Shown: in pieces, positions 30,655 to 42,079 of the stretch
Numbering within the stretch: the stretch's first letter is position 1
Layout of the letters: each line of letters starts with the position of its first letter
Source of the DNA: Tetramitus jugosus
Taxonomy: Eukaryota > Protista > Heterolobosea
Assembly: GCA_937625935.1 (NCBI GenBank)
Contig: OW569347.1
Location: 62,001-126,000 of the forward strand
DNA: 64,000 nucleotides
Direction: 5' to 3'
Translations under genes and position numbers: made by a program
Notes under the pieces: generated by a model
Database searches by the model: none
The model's input: the letters and a program-made list of their open reading frames with translations, nothing else
What the model was told of the DNA's origin: nothing

Positions 30655-33600
30655 TTATTCAAAGACAACATCCTCATTCTGGTCACTCCAAAGCACCCCA
30701 TGTTCAAACAATGAGAGCTCAATGAGGGTCTTTTGTTCTAGATAGTCTTCCATTTGTGCTACACTCCACCTTGGATCATTGACGTGTTTATCCATTTGCA
30801 TCTCTTGATTCTGGGTACTGTTCTTCTGTTTGGATAATTCTTCCCAGAACACTGAATCATCAAAGTGTTGACTCCGTTTCTGTTTCTTGTATGGTTGGAT
30901 GGGAGAAGGAAGCATTTCATCGAACAGATTTGAATTGTCAAGTAGTGAATATTTCCGTTTGACAGGAGGCGAGGAGATGTCTGGCGTAGGCAGTTTCTGC
31001 AGTATACTTCTCGTATCCATCTCCATCTCTTCGTTTTCTTCGTGGAGTTCGGACGATAATTGGTTCTCTCTGTTTTCATTAAGCACTGACTCTACTTGAT
31101 GCATTAGTGGTGATATGTGGGACGCATCCATCTCCAAAGCTGTGGCCTGTCGTAAAGCAATTCGTAGCTTGTCGTATGATTGTTCACTCTTGAACTGGAG
31201 TTTTGTGCTGCCGAGAGCATTCATATTCAGGTAGAACAGATGGAACAGTGAGAATTGCTGCAGAATCTGCATGAATGTTACAATAGTTTTCGATTCAGTA
31301 TTCGACAGCGGATTTCTGAGCACCGACAATAACAAGTTGGAGATTGCAGACACATATGGCGTTATTCTCTCATTATGTTCTTCCTCCTCTTCCAAAAATG
31401 CACTATGATGTTCATTAATTTCTCGTAGGAAACCAGTGCAGATCGCAAGCTTCGTATAGAATAGTTGTTCGAGATTGGAAGTATTGGTTGGATCAACAGA
31501 CTCGCTTGTATCATCTTCAGTTGATTCAGGCAGATACAACATATCAAAGCAGTCATGATTGTCTATAACAATAGGTTCGATAGAATCTGCAAATTCTGGA
31601 GCAGGCCAGTTCAGACACATGGAATTCTGTTGATCAGCAGTGACAAAATTGCATAGAGCTTCGCAAATTGCATTGAACTGAGAGCAGTAAGTATGAATAG
31701 GAATGGCAGGTATGACTATCGATTGTATGTTTTCGTTGTGAGCCGTTGCACTAGAGGCCTTTCTCAAGTCAGAAAGATATTGGTCGTTGTAGTTCTCGAT
31801 GGACTTTTGGAAGTAGTTGTCACATGAATCTTCGAGAAGATCGCTCAGTGAATATGTATTAAAGGTGGGTTGGACTGGAGATCTTTCCGCCAGCCATTGA
31901 ATACAATTATCGAGCTGCTTGCTAACATTATACACGTATTGGTCATGTAAGTTATCAGTCGAAACTGGCGCTTCAAATTCAAAAGGAACACAAATGACGT
32001 CGCGAATTGGATTTGGAAAATCGTATTGAGAAGCGACATTCTTGACAATATCATACACCTTCTTTAGCACGTCATATTGAGTTTCGTGTAACTTGCTCTG
32101 GTCATAGACAACGACTAGTGGAATAGAAGTTCGATAATAGTTATTAAAGATGGTTTTCAAAAATTCCATCAGACACTCAGATTGTTCGTGCCAATAGTTG
32201 TCTTCATTAGCCGTGATTGATGGCAGAATATACATCACACATGATGTTCCTCTCAAAGAAGAAGCATCTTCAAAACCATCGTTCACATTAATTTGCTTGA
32301 CACAGAATTGCATACTCTGATGTCTGTAACGAGAGTCATGGGCCGCCATTTCATCGAAATCGCTGATGAAGCTGTTTCCTTGCACATAACCACTACACAA
32401 AGTGTCATCATCAATTTTTTCTTGGTGCATACTAAGTTTAGAATCTATCCAATCAACGATGTCGTATTGTTCTCTCGAGTGATCTGATCTACAGACTACC
32501 ATCTTCCAGTAAATAACAGAATGTTCATGATTAATCGCTGAAAGCGCTGGGAAGGAGAGAGAAGGAATATCAGAAGGTGCATATAGTTCGTTAAACAATC
32601 GTTCTTGTTCTTCTTTCTTCTGTTGTTCTTTTAAACCCACCACCATATCGAAATTGGGAGGTAGAGTGATCTGGTGAGACGAAAATTGTTCAGCAAGCTC
32701 CCTCCTGACACGTTTCAACTCTTCATGTTTTCTAGCACGTTGAGCTTGCTTCTCCTGCGCAAATTGTCTCCATGCGTCAAAGCATTTCTTAAGGATTGTC
32801 CTTCTCTTCTGCAAAATCATGTCTGCTGCTGCTTTCAGTTTCTGTTGCTTAGCCATATCTGGCACTTGTGGAGTGGGTATGGATTCAGAAGCAATTGATG
32901 GTATATACTCTGGAGTAAATCTTGTTTCTGGCTCCTGGTTGGTAGGGAAAACAGGAGTCTTTTGAGACTGCACGGGAGAAATGGATGGTATGGTGATGAA
33001 TGGGACTTGCTCTTGCATGGTTGAGGGAACTGAGGGGAAAGGCTGTATTGCCATTGGAGCTGATATGATGGGAGATGGCACGCGTCTGCTCGACAGAGGA
33101 GTTTTAATGGGCTCACTCGGTACTTGGCGTTTATCGGGCAGGGGTGTAGCAATCTTTGGTTGTGGGACTACTACTGGTCTCAGTGGAGATGGAGGAGCCA
33201 AGATTGGAGTAGAAATCACGAGAGAAGACTTCCTGCGTTCACTTCTAGAAGCAGGTGGGGAAGGCTGAACGACAACTGGTTCAGCAACATATCTGATTTC
33301 AGATCGAATGATCTCTGCATTTGTGGTATCTGATTCGATCTTGGATTCGATGAAGCGGGTATTGAAGTGAGCCTTTGGTTTTCTTTGTGGCTCCACAAAT
33401 GGTTTCTCATTAAATATGATATTGTTCCTGTCTACGCACACATTATACACTCTGCAAAAGTTGATTGCCTCGGACTGGTTTTCAAAAAGTAGTTGCTCCA
33501 TTAACAGCTTGAGGTCGTATTGTTCCTTATTCTTTATCTTTCTAACATTGAAGTTATCATTCATCATGCGCAGCGCAGTCTCTCGAACAGAGGTAAATAA

Positions 33601-36408
33601 ATTAAAGAGCAGACATGATTGCAAGTAGGTGGCCTGTTCCACCAACTTGAAAAATCGTATCCAGTTCGATTCGTTAAAGGCAGAATTGACTTGCAGCGCA
33701 AATTTCACATCGGGCGATCTGTAAACTTCTTGAGGCGTACTTCTCAAAAAACGAACAATTTCAGACGTTCCACTACTTGAACCAACTCTCGTTAAAATGT
33801 AATAAGCACTGAACTCAGATTGATTTAGGCATATAAGACCACGTTGATTGTGCTCGGCATACACTTCTCTTAAATTTTTCAAGTAATTGTTCATCAAATT
33901 CATATTCGGCTGAGGATCATAATCTTCTTGTTGTGCAAGACGATGTTGACAGAATATATGGAAACGAACAATCTGCTCATGTAATTCTACGCAGTCAGAA
34001 TCTCGGATATTTTGATATGTTAAATCCTGAGAAATACTACGACATCGATCACGAACGAACTCATACATATCATTGAATGAGTGAGCAGTTTGGTCAACAA
34101 TCATATCAATGAGATAATTCATCGTTAACATGAGAATGTAAGGAGGTCTGAGATGTTCTGGTGGCGGAGTTGCTTTGTCTGCTGCGGATCTCTCATATTT
34201 CTTCACACATAACTCTCGAACAGATTTGTCAATTTCTCCAATCTTTGACACTTGTTTAGGATCTCTCTCAAATATACTAATGTCACCTTGTACTTCTCTC
34301 AAGTCGATTTGATAAGCAGGACACATTTCGAGACATTTGCCCGTAGATGTGGTAACCTTACTTGACACACTAGAAAATTTCTCGTGAACATATCTTCGTG
34401 CCTCCAAAACGAACTCTGACGCATTCATCTTGCGAGCCTTTGTGGATGTGATATGTTGTTTCATAATGAGAGGCTCGCCTACATCTTCTTCAGATTCGTA
34501 GGCTTCTTGATCATATTCATTCTCACTCTCTTCCTCCTCCTCTGCTTCGTGCGACGGCTCCTCTTCTTCCTGTTCCTCCTCGTCTTCTTGTTGTTCTTCT
34601 TCCTCCTGTTCTTCATATTTTGGTTGCGCTTCTTCTTCCTCCTGTTCATATGTTGGAATTTGACTAAAGTCTCTGGATTTCACAATAATGCTTGAAAGAT
34701 CTACTGACGAGATACTTGTCTTCTGAGTGCTATCATCACTGTCACTTGCATACCGTTCCTCTCGAGCTTGAGGAGCTCTCTTCGCTTTAGGAAATACTGG
34801 TGATGTTACCTTTTTTCGTACGACCACATTGTCATACTCATCATCCTTTGTGGGTAGTACTAACTCCCGCACACCACGGCCTGCTGGCTTCCGACCCACA
34901 TCTGATGGCTTTGTTGAATCAAATGATGGTACACCTCGGTTGCGTCCACGGTCCTGTTTAGTACGGTTAAACGCGTTTGGTGCCTCCTGTTTCTTTATAT
35001 TTGCCACACTAAAGGCTGATGTAGTGCCACCCGTGGTAGACGCATTGGCTGCAGCAAATGCTGACTTTCCAAATGCACTCTTTGAACTTGCTGCCGGTGC
35101 AAAGAAACTGCTAGGTGCCGGACTTGCGCTAATCACTTCGGAGGGTAATGCGGCGGACGCATTACTGAAGACATTGCCTATCGGTTTTGAAGTAAAGGTA
35201 TCACTCACTCCCGGAGTAGAGAAACTTTGAAAACCAGCAAAGCTAGGCTTTGGAGTTTTCTTATCCTTGAGTCTCTTGGATTGTGCTTGTCCGGGAGTTG
35301 CCTGAAACACATTTTGAATCGGTTGTTCAGTGCCCTTTGCCAAATCAAATGCATTTGTTTCCTTCCTTTGTTGACCCTTTTGTTTTTGCTTGTTGAAGGG
35401 TGTAACCGTTGTAGGTGACTGAGCCTGCGTTTGGAATATATTTTTGGATTTCTTGGCTGCACCAGCACCACCAAAGATGTTGGTTCCTCCAGCACCATTG
35501 GCGCTCGCACCAAATACATTAGCGCCACTCGTAGCTGATACAGCAGAAGTAAAGGCATTCCCTGTACCCATATTAGCTGCAGAAAACACATTTCCTCCAC
35601 CACCACCACTGTCTCTTCCAAATCCACCGAACCCACTATTGGAGGCAGGAGCAGCTGACACACCACCACCCATCTGGAACACATTTGCCTTGGGTGTTGG
35701 TTTGGGTTGTTTTTGCGGTTTTGTGCCACGTGCCTCTCCAAAAACATTGCCACCTTGGTTTTGTCGTTTTCTGTTACCACCAGCACCACCAGCACCCATA
35801 CTTGCTTGATCAAATGGGTTGCTTGAAGTTGGAGCATGAGATGCGCCTGCACTACTACTAAACACATTTCCACCTCCACCTCCACCGCCACCACCACCAA
35901 ATATATTCATTGTTGCAGCACCTGCTCCACCATCACCAGATGCAGCAGAGAATATTGAACCTGGTTGATTGCTTGTTCGCTGTTGATGTTGCTGTTGATG
36001 ATGACCGCCTCTCGTTCCTCTGCCTCTACCTCTTCCTCTACCACCGGCAGTAGTACCTCCACCACCACCACCACCACCTGGAGCTGCTGCAGAGAACACA
36101 TTGGAACTACCCCCTCCTCCTCCTCCTCCTCCACCACCTCTTCCCATTGGTTGTTGATTTATATTACTAAAAATGTTGCCACCGCCGCCACCACCACCTC
36201 CAGCAGCTGTTGATGATGATGATGATGTTGGTGCAGCCGAGTGAAAACTTCCTCTGCCTCTGCCTCTGCCACTGAAACCACCGCCTCGACCACCAGCACC
36301 AGCACCACCACGACCTCTGCCTCTGCCACCAGATGATGATGAACCACCACCTCTACCTCCACTGCCGCCACTTTGACCAGTGAATGCAAATCCAGAGTTA
36401 AGATTCAT
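30655..36408 (-). CDS. SAC3: SAC3/GANP (TREX-2 scaffold) family protein
   Basis: GKCLEMCP, VKKYERSAA, LRPPYIL..TMNYL, YEFVRDRCRSISQDLTYQ, EFSAYYIL; RGG- and phenylalanine-repeat low-complexity N-terminus. Confidence 0.9.
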   Translation of the reverse strand: MNLNSGFAFTGQSGGSGGRGGGSSSSGGRGRGRGGAGAGGRGGGFSGRGRGRGSFHSAAPTSSSSSTAAGGGGGGGGNIFSNINQQPMGRGGGGGGGGGGSSNVFSAAAPGGGGGGGGTTAGGRGRGRGRGTRGGHHQQQHQQRTSNQPGSIFSAASGDGGAGAATMNIFGGGGGGGGGGNVFSSSAGASHAPTSSNPFDQASMGAGGAGGNRKRQNQGGNVFGEARGTKPQKQPKPTPKANVFQMGGGVSAAPASNSGFGGFGRDSGGGGGNVFSAANMGTGNAFTSAVSATSGANVFGASANGAGGTNIFGGAGAAKKSKNIFQTQAQSPTTVTPFNKQKQKGQQRKETNAFDLAKGTEQPIQNVFQATPGQAQSKRLKDKKTPKPSFAGFQSFSTPGVSDTFTSKPIGNVFSNASAALPSEVISASPAPSSFFAPAASSKSAFGKSAFAAANASTTGGTTSAFSVANIKKQEAPNAFNRTKQDRGRNRGVPSFDSTKPSDVGRKPAGRGVRELVLPTKDDEYDNVVVRKKVTSPVFPKAKRAPQAREERYASDSDDSTQKTSISSVDLSSIIVKSRDFSQIPTYEQEEEEAQPKYEEQEEEEQQEDEEEQEEEEPSHEAEEEEESENEYDQEAYESEEDVGEPLIMKQHITSTKARKMNASEFVLEARRYVHEKFSSVSSKVTTSTGKCLEMCPAYQIDLREVQGDISIFERDPKQVSKIGEIDKSVRELCVKKYERSAADKATPPPEHLRPPYILMLTMNYLIDMIVDQTAHSFNDMYEFVRDRCRSISQDLTYQNIRDSDCVELHEQIVRFHIFCQHRLAQQEDYDPQPNMNLMNNYLKNLREVYAEHNQRGLICLNQSEFSAYYILTRVGSSSGTSEIVRFLRSTPQEVYRSPDVKFALQVNSAFNESNWIRFFKLVEQATYLQSCLLFNLFTSVRETALRMMNDNFNVRKIKNKEQYDLKLLMEQLLFENQSEAINFCRVYNVCVDRNNIIFNEKPFVEPQRKPKAHFNTRFIESKIESDTTNAEIIRSEIRYVAEPVVVQPSPPASRSERRKSSLVISTPILAPPSPLRPVVVPQPKIATPLPDKRQVPSEPIKTPLSSRRVPSPIISAPMAIQPFPSVPSTMQEQVPFITIPSISPVQSQKTPVFPTNQEPETRFTPEYIPSIASESIPTPQVPDMAKQQKLKAAADMILQKRRTILKKCFDAWRQFAQEKQAQRARKHEELKRVRRELAEQFSSHQITLPPNFDMVVGLKEQQKKEEQERLFNELYAPSDIPSLSFPALSAINHEHSVIYWKMVVCRSDHSREQYDIVDWIDSKLSMHQEKIDDDTLCSGYVQGNSFISDFDEMAAHDSRYRHQSMQFCVKQINVNDGFEDASSLRGTSCVMYILPSITANEDNYWHEQSECLMEFLKTIFNNYYRTSIPLVVVYDQSKLHETQYDVLKKVYDIVKNVASQYDFPNPIRDVICVPFEFEAPVSTDNLHDQYVYNVSKQLDNCIQWLAERSPVQPTFNTYSLSDLLEDSCDNYFQKSIENYNDQYLSDLRKASSATAHNENIQSIVIPAIPIHTYCSQFNAICEALCNFVTADQQNSMCLNWPAPEFADSIEPIVIDNHDCFDMLYLPESTEDDTSESVDPTNTSNLEQLFYTKLAICTGFLREINEHHSAFLEEEEEHNERITPYVSAISNLLLSVLRNPLSNTESKTIVTFMQILQQFSLFHLFYLNMNALGSTKLQFKSEQSYDKLRIALRQATALEMDASHISPLMHQVESVLNENRENQLSSELHEENEEMEMDTRSILQKLPTPDISSPPVKRKYSLLDNSNLFDEMLPSPIQPYKKQKRSQHFDDSVFWEELSKQKNSTQNQEMQMDKHVNDPRWSVAQMEDYLEQKTLIELSLFEHGVLWSDQNEDVVFE

Positions 36409-36631
36409 TTTGTAGAAATTGAATTACACGTGTTGATTGTTGTTATTCGTGTATGTGTGCGGTTTTTCAAATGCAGTATTGTGTGTGCGTGATCACAAGG
36501 ATGAGAGGTTGATAGAGTTTTTTTTTTGTTTTTGAAAAATGTTTGATCTTTGAATTTGCCCGAAATGCAACAAGTCTTGTGTTTTTTTGAGGGAGTATTG
36601 TTGCTGCGTTGGTTGTTACAAATTGAAGAGT

Positions 36632-38401
36632 TTACTCATTTCTGATGTATTCTTCATTCTCGACACCAAAGAAGATGACTTGCTCTTCCTGTGACTCTGG
36701 CTGCACATGTTGAATCGTGGAGCTACCGCGCGTCAATTCAATCTTACGTCTCACAAACTCCACAATACCATCCACGTTGGGAACATATTGGAACGTCGCA
36801 GTCAACTTTGTTGGATTCTCTCCACTGTTTCTCACAGCAAAAGCCACAGCTCCTTCATAGTCATCACCTGTGCCCACCAGTATTCCCTCATTGTCACCAA
36901 AGGATTGATGGTCAATAGAGTCCTCAGCCGAATGTTCACTTGCTGAATAACCAGATTGAACATAAACATTGGTGTATAATTGATGCACAATCGCCTGTTC
37001 CAAATCAGCATATGACTTGTAATAGCACACATATCCTAGTCTCAGTGGTAACTCCATGAGAACGATCACTCTGTACTCGGTCAAAAAGTAGTGCACTCCA
37101 AACACTGCAGCGTATGCCTGAATGAGCAAACAAAGAACAATCATCAGCACAATCAACAGAATGAGTGTGATGAACACAACGAGACCAAAGCTCAACACGG
37201 CTATTCCAAACAAAACAAATCCAACAATGATCAATACGACCAAAAAGACCACAATCGACACATTAATCAACAGAGTTCCTGCATCATTTGATTTCAGGAC
37301 ATTGTAGGGCCTTGGATGATAATGCCAATGAACTCTCTCACGGAGAACTGTCGTACTAGGTGACATTACATGACTCATCAATTCCTTCTTGGCTGTAAAT
37401 GACAACAAACTTTGACACTTGCACTTGCGAGCTGAAGTATAATAACTTTCTGTGCTAATAAATGAAGGAGATGAATGACTCTCACCTTCATCAAACAAAA
37501 AGTAGTCATCATAGTCTGGACGCACCGGTTGCCTCACCAACGTACCAATCACCGACGACCAAATGAGACTCACAGCCGACTTTCCATAACGAACAATATA
37601 GAACATGGAACCAGCGACAGTCACAGCCAACAATGATCCAATACCAATCAAAAGTATGCGAAAAACAGTGTGCGAACCTTGAATGTACTCTGCACGTAAT
37701 TGAGCCCCTGTTCGCACAATCCACTCTTCACTGGATTCTGGTGTTGCAGTTGTAGAGAACATTCTCCGTGATCGCTCATTTGAATTGGCTGCATCTGCAC
37801 TCGTCGACATTGTACTCCACATTTCTTCATTGCCAATCTCATGACCATTGATCATTAATAGGAGAGCATATTGTTCATTTGCTTCATTTTCACTATCATT
37901 ATAATTGTTGTTCGCGTATTGTTGTTGTTGTTGTTCTTTGGTGGTGGCTCGTGTCATGGATGACAGCACAGACGATGAAAAGAATGAGAGAATGGAATCT
38001 GGTCTCCGTTGTTGTTTCTGCGCAGATTCTCGAGCATAGCACTTGAAAGCTCTATCCAAATGCATCGACTGCACGCATTGTTCCACTTGCTCTGGTGTTG
38101 ACCGAACACAAATGTCCTCTATTGTCGAATTGTACCACACTGGTGAAACAACAGATGTCTCTGCATTCAATGTCAAATATTGGAAAGAGACTCGAACTTT
38201 GATACCGTATTGTTGTTGCTTGTTGGGTGCGATCTCAGTGATACCTCGCACTCTGCACACTGTTTCCACATATCGACTGTAAGGGAGCGGTAAAATAAAA
38301 ACTCCGGCCAGTGCACACAACAAGAGATAGAAGAGGATGAGGAGGGTGATGACCCACCGCGGTATGTTCAAGTATGATGTCTTGTTGAGATTGGAAAACA
38401 T
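36632..38401 (-). CDS. Multi-pass membrane protein of unknown function
   Basis: 589-aa ORF with about four strongly hydrophobic segments. Confidence 0.7.
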   Translation of the reverse strand: MFSNLNKTSYLNIPRWVITLLILFYLLLCALAGVFILPLPYSRYVETVCRVRGITEIAPNKQQQYGIKVRVSFQYLTLNAETSVVSPVWYNSTIEDICVRSTPEQVEQCVQSMHLDRAFKCYARESAQKQQRRPDSILSFFSSSVLSSMTRATTKEQQQQQYANNNYNDSENEANEQYALLLMINGHEIGNEEMWSTMSTSADAANSNERSRRMFSTTATPESSEEWIVRTGAQLRAEYIQGSHTVFRILLIGIGSLLAVTVAGSMFYIVRYGKSAVSLIWSSVIGTLVRQPVRPDYDDYFLFDEGESHSSPSFISTESYYTSARKCKCQSLLSFTAKKELMSHVMSPSTTVLRERVHWHYHPRPYNVLKSNDAGTLLINVSIVVFLVVLIIVGFVLFGIAVLSFGLVVFITLILLIVLMIVLCLLIQAYAAVFGVHYFLTEYRVIVLMELPLRLGYVCYYKSYADLEQAIVHQLYTNVYVQSGYSASEHSAEDSIDHQSFGDNEGILVGTGDDYEGAVAFAVRNSGENPTKLTATFQYVPNVDGIVEFVRRKIELTRGSSTIQHVQPESQEEQVIFFGVENEEYIRNE

Positions 38402-38710
38402 TGGTGGCGATGGATGTATTGAATGTGTTTTTTTCTTTTGATGCTAGCGCGTTGTTGTTTCGACCGGGAATTGGCGGTGTTTATGCGGTTGATTTTTTTG
38501 GGTTTTCTTGGCCGCTGGGAAAATGGATGCTTCCACAGAGTAAAATCTGCTGTCATTTGGGACTTGTGGTTGTCGGCCATCGTCAGGGCACAAGTGCATC
38601 CTCGCAGGGGAAGAAAGTCCTTTTCCCGGAAAGAAGCAAATCGAGCAATGTTGAACTTTCGAGCAGGTGATGTTGCTGAGCTCAATACATTGAGACCCGA
38701 TCTAAACCAA

Positions 38711-38720
38711 TTTTCCCGCC
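38711..38720 (+). promoter_or_regulatory. E2F-like motif TTTTCCCGCC
   Basis: Canonical TTTCCCGC core ending 17 bp before the ATG at 38737. Confidence 0.35.
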
Positions 38721-38736
38721 TGAACGACGCAAGAAA

Positions 38737-39369
38737 ATGAACGACAACAGCTTTCTACAGCAACAAGCTCACTCTCTGAATCCATTTGCCCTCGTAACAA
38801 ATGACAGAGGAAGCAATTTCTCAAGGTCTATGGTTGATTTCTATGCCATGTATCCCTCACATACAGACCAGGACCTCAACGCATTATCAAACACGGTTCG
38901 ACCTAGCTTGAGAGAAGATATTGAATCATTGAAGTCAGAGAATGATGCTCTGAGGGATCAAATACGGCTTCAATGCGATGAATTTGAGCATTTATACAAG
39001 GAAACAATCACTAAACGGGCAGAGATGCTGGACCATATGGGAATACTCGAGAGAAGACAATTGGAGATTAAGCAGGAAAATGTTGTATTGTCGCAGCTCA
39101 TTCTGTCCAGTGAATCTGACCAGAATTGTACAATAGACAAAAATTGTGAGAGTGATCTAATTGATTCAGCTTCGTTCTTGATTCAGAATCAAGGATGGGA
39201 CTTTAGACCAACTCTAAACTCTGCTTTTCAAGCATACAAAAAGCTACCATCAATTCCAGAACCCAGGCATATGATCAAACTGTGTACAAGAAAGTATAAT
39301 CAACTGAACGAATTCATGGGTGAAAAGATTTACTCCTCATCTACTGATGAGAGTGAAGATGAGCTGTGA
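38737..39369 (+). CDS. Small coiled-coil protein of unknown function
   Basis: 210-aa ORF with a central heptad segment (LREDIESLKSENDALRDQI); AATAAA shortly after the stop. Confidence 0.65.
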   Translation: MNDNSFLQQQAHSLNPFALVTNDRGSNFSRSMVDFYAMYPSHTDQDLNALSNTVRPSLREDIESLKSENDALRDQIRLQCDEFEHLYKETITKRAEMLDHMGILERRQLEIKQENVVLSQLILSSESDQNCTIDKNCESDLIDSASFLIQNQGWDFRPTLNSAFQAYKKLPSIPEPRHMIKLCTRKYNQLNEFMGEKIYSSSTDESEDEL

Positions 39370-39466
39370 TTCGCAGCTATCTCTCGGCCGCTGTAATAAA
39401 TACCCGCAATTGTAGACTTCTGTTTTAGGTTTTCCGTTATCTCTCCACCAAACAACTCAACAAGGT

Positions 39467-40421
39467 ATGAATCCGTTTCATGATTACACAATGCCCAACC
39501 TTCATCATCTTCAGCAAGATCGATCCAAGAACAACAACCATACTAGGTACGATGAGAACGATAATAGAGATCATTTGATGAAAGAAAGACCAAAATCTGT
39601 CTCTCATGCGATGTCTCATCACACACAGAGTTCAACGACGAATAACCGACCTCAATCAGCTCAGAAAGCTGGGAACACAGGTCGTACGTCTCGACGGAAT
39701 GCACCTAAGAACTTTGTAGCTGAAAACAAAAGAACACTAGGTTTCCAGTCATCGCATCCCATGGGATATGACAAATCGACATCGAACGGACTATGGACGA
39801 AGATTAACCCCAAGGTATTTAGAACTACATCAGCTAGGGATAGAACTTTTGATCCATATGTTGATGAATTGAACTCTGCCGACCAATCATATCGGAGTCG
39901 ATCAAGACCTAGTTCAGCCTATTCGATTCAACGTGTAACTTGTATGTTGTTCGACACCTCATACTTTTATTCTTACTTGGTGGAAAGTTGTTAAACTTTT
40001 TGTTTTGTCATTCTTGTTGATAGATAAACCAACTGGGCGACACAGTGAGATCATTGAATACTGCCAAAAAGCACTACCCACACCAGCATGGATGTCTGCA
40101 CCTTCATCCCCTCATCATCCTCCTGGAAATGAACGAACTAGGAGAGCCACACCCGAACCTTCATTCGACAGGAGGAAAACGAAAGAGATTGCAAAAGCAA
40201 ATATTGCTGGATTCATCCCTAACAATGGAGCCAAAATATTTGAACAATCATCCATCCCCAGAGAAATGAAAGAGTCTTATCTACCAAAGAAAAGAGGTGT
40301 GCAGTTTCCTGCACCAGGTCCTCATGCTGTGGTAATGGCCGTTCACAGCTCTCGTCACAGAATCATGGAACCAAGCCTGGCCAGAGCTAAAATACCCATA
40401 CACCCCGATGATCACCACTGA
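39467..40421 (+). CDS. Hypothetical basic/Ser-rich protein, 2 exons (39467-39941, 40024-40421)
   Basis: An intron GTATGT...TAG at 39942-40023 joins the two listed ORFs in frame (RVT-Y-KPTGR). Confidence 0.6.
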
Positions 40422-40452
40422 CATTCGTACTCTCCCAGCCGTTAAAAAGTTC

Positions 40453-40464
40453 TTTCGCGCCAAA
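40453..40464. promoter_or_regulatory. Overlapping double E2F-like site TTTCGCGCCAAA upstream of CTF8
   Basis: Contains TTTCGCGC on + and TTTGGCGC on -; ends 27 bp before the CTF8 ATG. Confidence 0.5.
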
Positions 40465-40490
40465 ATATTTTGGCTCCAAAAACATAAAAA

Positions 40491-41183
40491 ATGCGAAACA
40501 ACCAAAGGTCAACAACGAAACGTGCACCATGTCTCACTGAGCCCTGTGTCCAAATTCCCATTCGCTTCGAATCAACCACAAGTATCAACGCTGAACAACC
40601 GTACACTGCATCCCTAAGAGATGAATGGCAAATGCTAGAGCTACAGGGCAATTTATCAGCTCGGCCAGACAAGAATAAGTCATTGGATGGGTTCAATCTG
40701 GGGCAACTAATGCCACCAAACGCATTGAACAACAACAAGTGTGAATTGGTCATTGGTCGTCAGAAATGTGATGGAAAACAACAGGAAATGAAGAAACCAC
40801 TGGTTGTATTGGAGAAGGTAGTCCCCTCTTCAACAACAACAGACATGTCAGACAATACTTCTTCTTCTTCTTCGTTTGTACACTATAGGATCGTTGGTGT
40901 CATTAGAGATAAACTACACTTTGCCAATCGACCAGTGCCACTGTCACCCTCAAAGTCAAAGAATCATCAGGTCAATACAACGACTATCAGCACTAGCGAT
41001 AGTCAGTCACAATCGACAACTTCCAGTGCCGTGACAAGTAACGACAACAACAGCAGTAGTAGTAGTAGTACTGTTGCTGAGGATCAACAATCCAAGAAGA
41101 CGAAACAACAACAGGCAACAAAGAACATTCATCCCATGTTTCTGCCCAAGAAACCACAACCACAGAAAAAGAAACAACCTTAA
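40491..41183 (+). CDS. CTF8: Chromosome transmission fidelity protein 8 (Ctf18-RFC accessory subunit)
   Basis: EWQMLELQG, LVIGRQKCDGKQQEMKKPLVVLEK and YRIVGVIRDKLHFANRPVP match the Ctf8 family pattern. Confidence 0.85.
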   Translation: MRNNQRSTTKRAPCLTEPCVQIPIRFESTTSINAEQPYTASLRDEWQMLELQGNLSARPDKNKSLDGFNLGQLMPPNALNNNKCELVIGRQKCDGKQQEMKKPLVVLEKVVPSSTTTDMSDNTSSSSSFVHYRIVGVIRDKLHFANRPVPLSPSKSKNHQVNTTTISTSDSQSQSTTSSAVTSNDNNSSSSSSTVAEDQQSKKTKQQQATKNIHPMFLPKKPQPQKKKQP

Positions 41184-41238
41184 TCCTCTACTCATTAAAT
41201 ATATTGGATCACTTTTTTTTACTCTCATTCTTACGTGC

Positions 41239-41970
41239 TTACTTGTTGTTCATGTTGATTGAAAATGTTCCATTGCTCTCGTCTTTCTGCATCTTGAAAT
41301 TGTCCAAACTGAGCCCAATCTTGCCCAACAATGAATTACCCAAATCTTTCAACTGGGACAGCATTTGATCCATCTCCTGTTTTCTCTTTTGTTCCAACAG
41401 TTCCTGCAATCGCTTGTATTCAGTCTGAGCCAATTGACTTTCCGCATTCGTCTCAACCAACAACTTTGCATCCGAGTGAGCTTCTTCAATGCGACCCAAC
41501 GACTCATACGCTTGCATCCTTCGAAACAGTGCCTTACTGTAGTGAGGAATGAGAGAGAGTGCAGTAGAGGCTTCATCGATGGCTCTATTGTAGGCACCGG
41601 TGAGAACAAAGCATGCTGCCAGGTTCGACCGTACCATGCACTCAATTTCTCTACACTGCTTATCATTTTCGTCCAATTCTTCTTCTTCCTCTCTTGTTTC
41701 TTTCACTTGTTCTTCTCCATTGTTGTCTTCACTCGATTGTTTCTCATTCAAAGTAGTATCATTATTCTTATGATCATCATCATCATCGGTATTATTGACA
41801 TTCGATAGTAGTGCATCTTCACTTTGTTCGGGATCAGATAATTGACAGAATGGAAGAGCTTCAAAATAGAATTGGATGGCACCTTCGTAATCCTTCCGTT
41901 TAAAACATTCATTTCCTTTTTCTTTGAGAGTGGTTGCTTGTTGTGGATCGATTGCTTGAATGATTGTCAT
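41239..41970 (-). CDS. TTC1: Tetratricopeptide repeat protein 1-like
   Basis: TPR motifs (LKEKGNECFK...YEGAIQFYFEAL; SNLAAC; KALFRR) and the TTC1-type C-terminus LKDLGNSLLGKIGLSLDNFKMQKD..GTFSINM. Confidence 0.88.
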   Translation of the reverse strand: MTIIQAIDPQQATTLKEKGNECFKRKDYEGAIQFYFEALPFCQLSDPEQSEDALLSNVNNTDDDDDHKNNDTTLNEKQSSEDNNGEEQVKETREEEEELDENDKQCREIECMVRSNLAACFVLTGAYNRAIDEASTALSLIPHYSKALFRRMQAYESLGRIEEAHSDAKLLVETNAESQLAQTEYKRLQELLEQKRKQEMDQMLSQLKDLGNSLLGKIGLSLDNFKMQKDESNGTFSINMNNK

Positions 41971-42063
41971 CGTTCTGTTTGGTGTGAGTTGTTTTCTCTT
42001 TTTTGTTCCTGAAAGAAATGGATAAAAATAGCACTGTGAAGCTTGAAATAATGAAATGTTTAA

Positions 42064-42076
42064 GGTGGCGGTCTAC
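42064..42076 (+). repeat. Left terminal inverted repeat
   Basis: GGTGGCGGTCTAC is the exact reverse complement of 44714-44726. Confidence 0.92.
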
Positions 42077-42079
42077 CAA

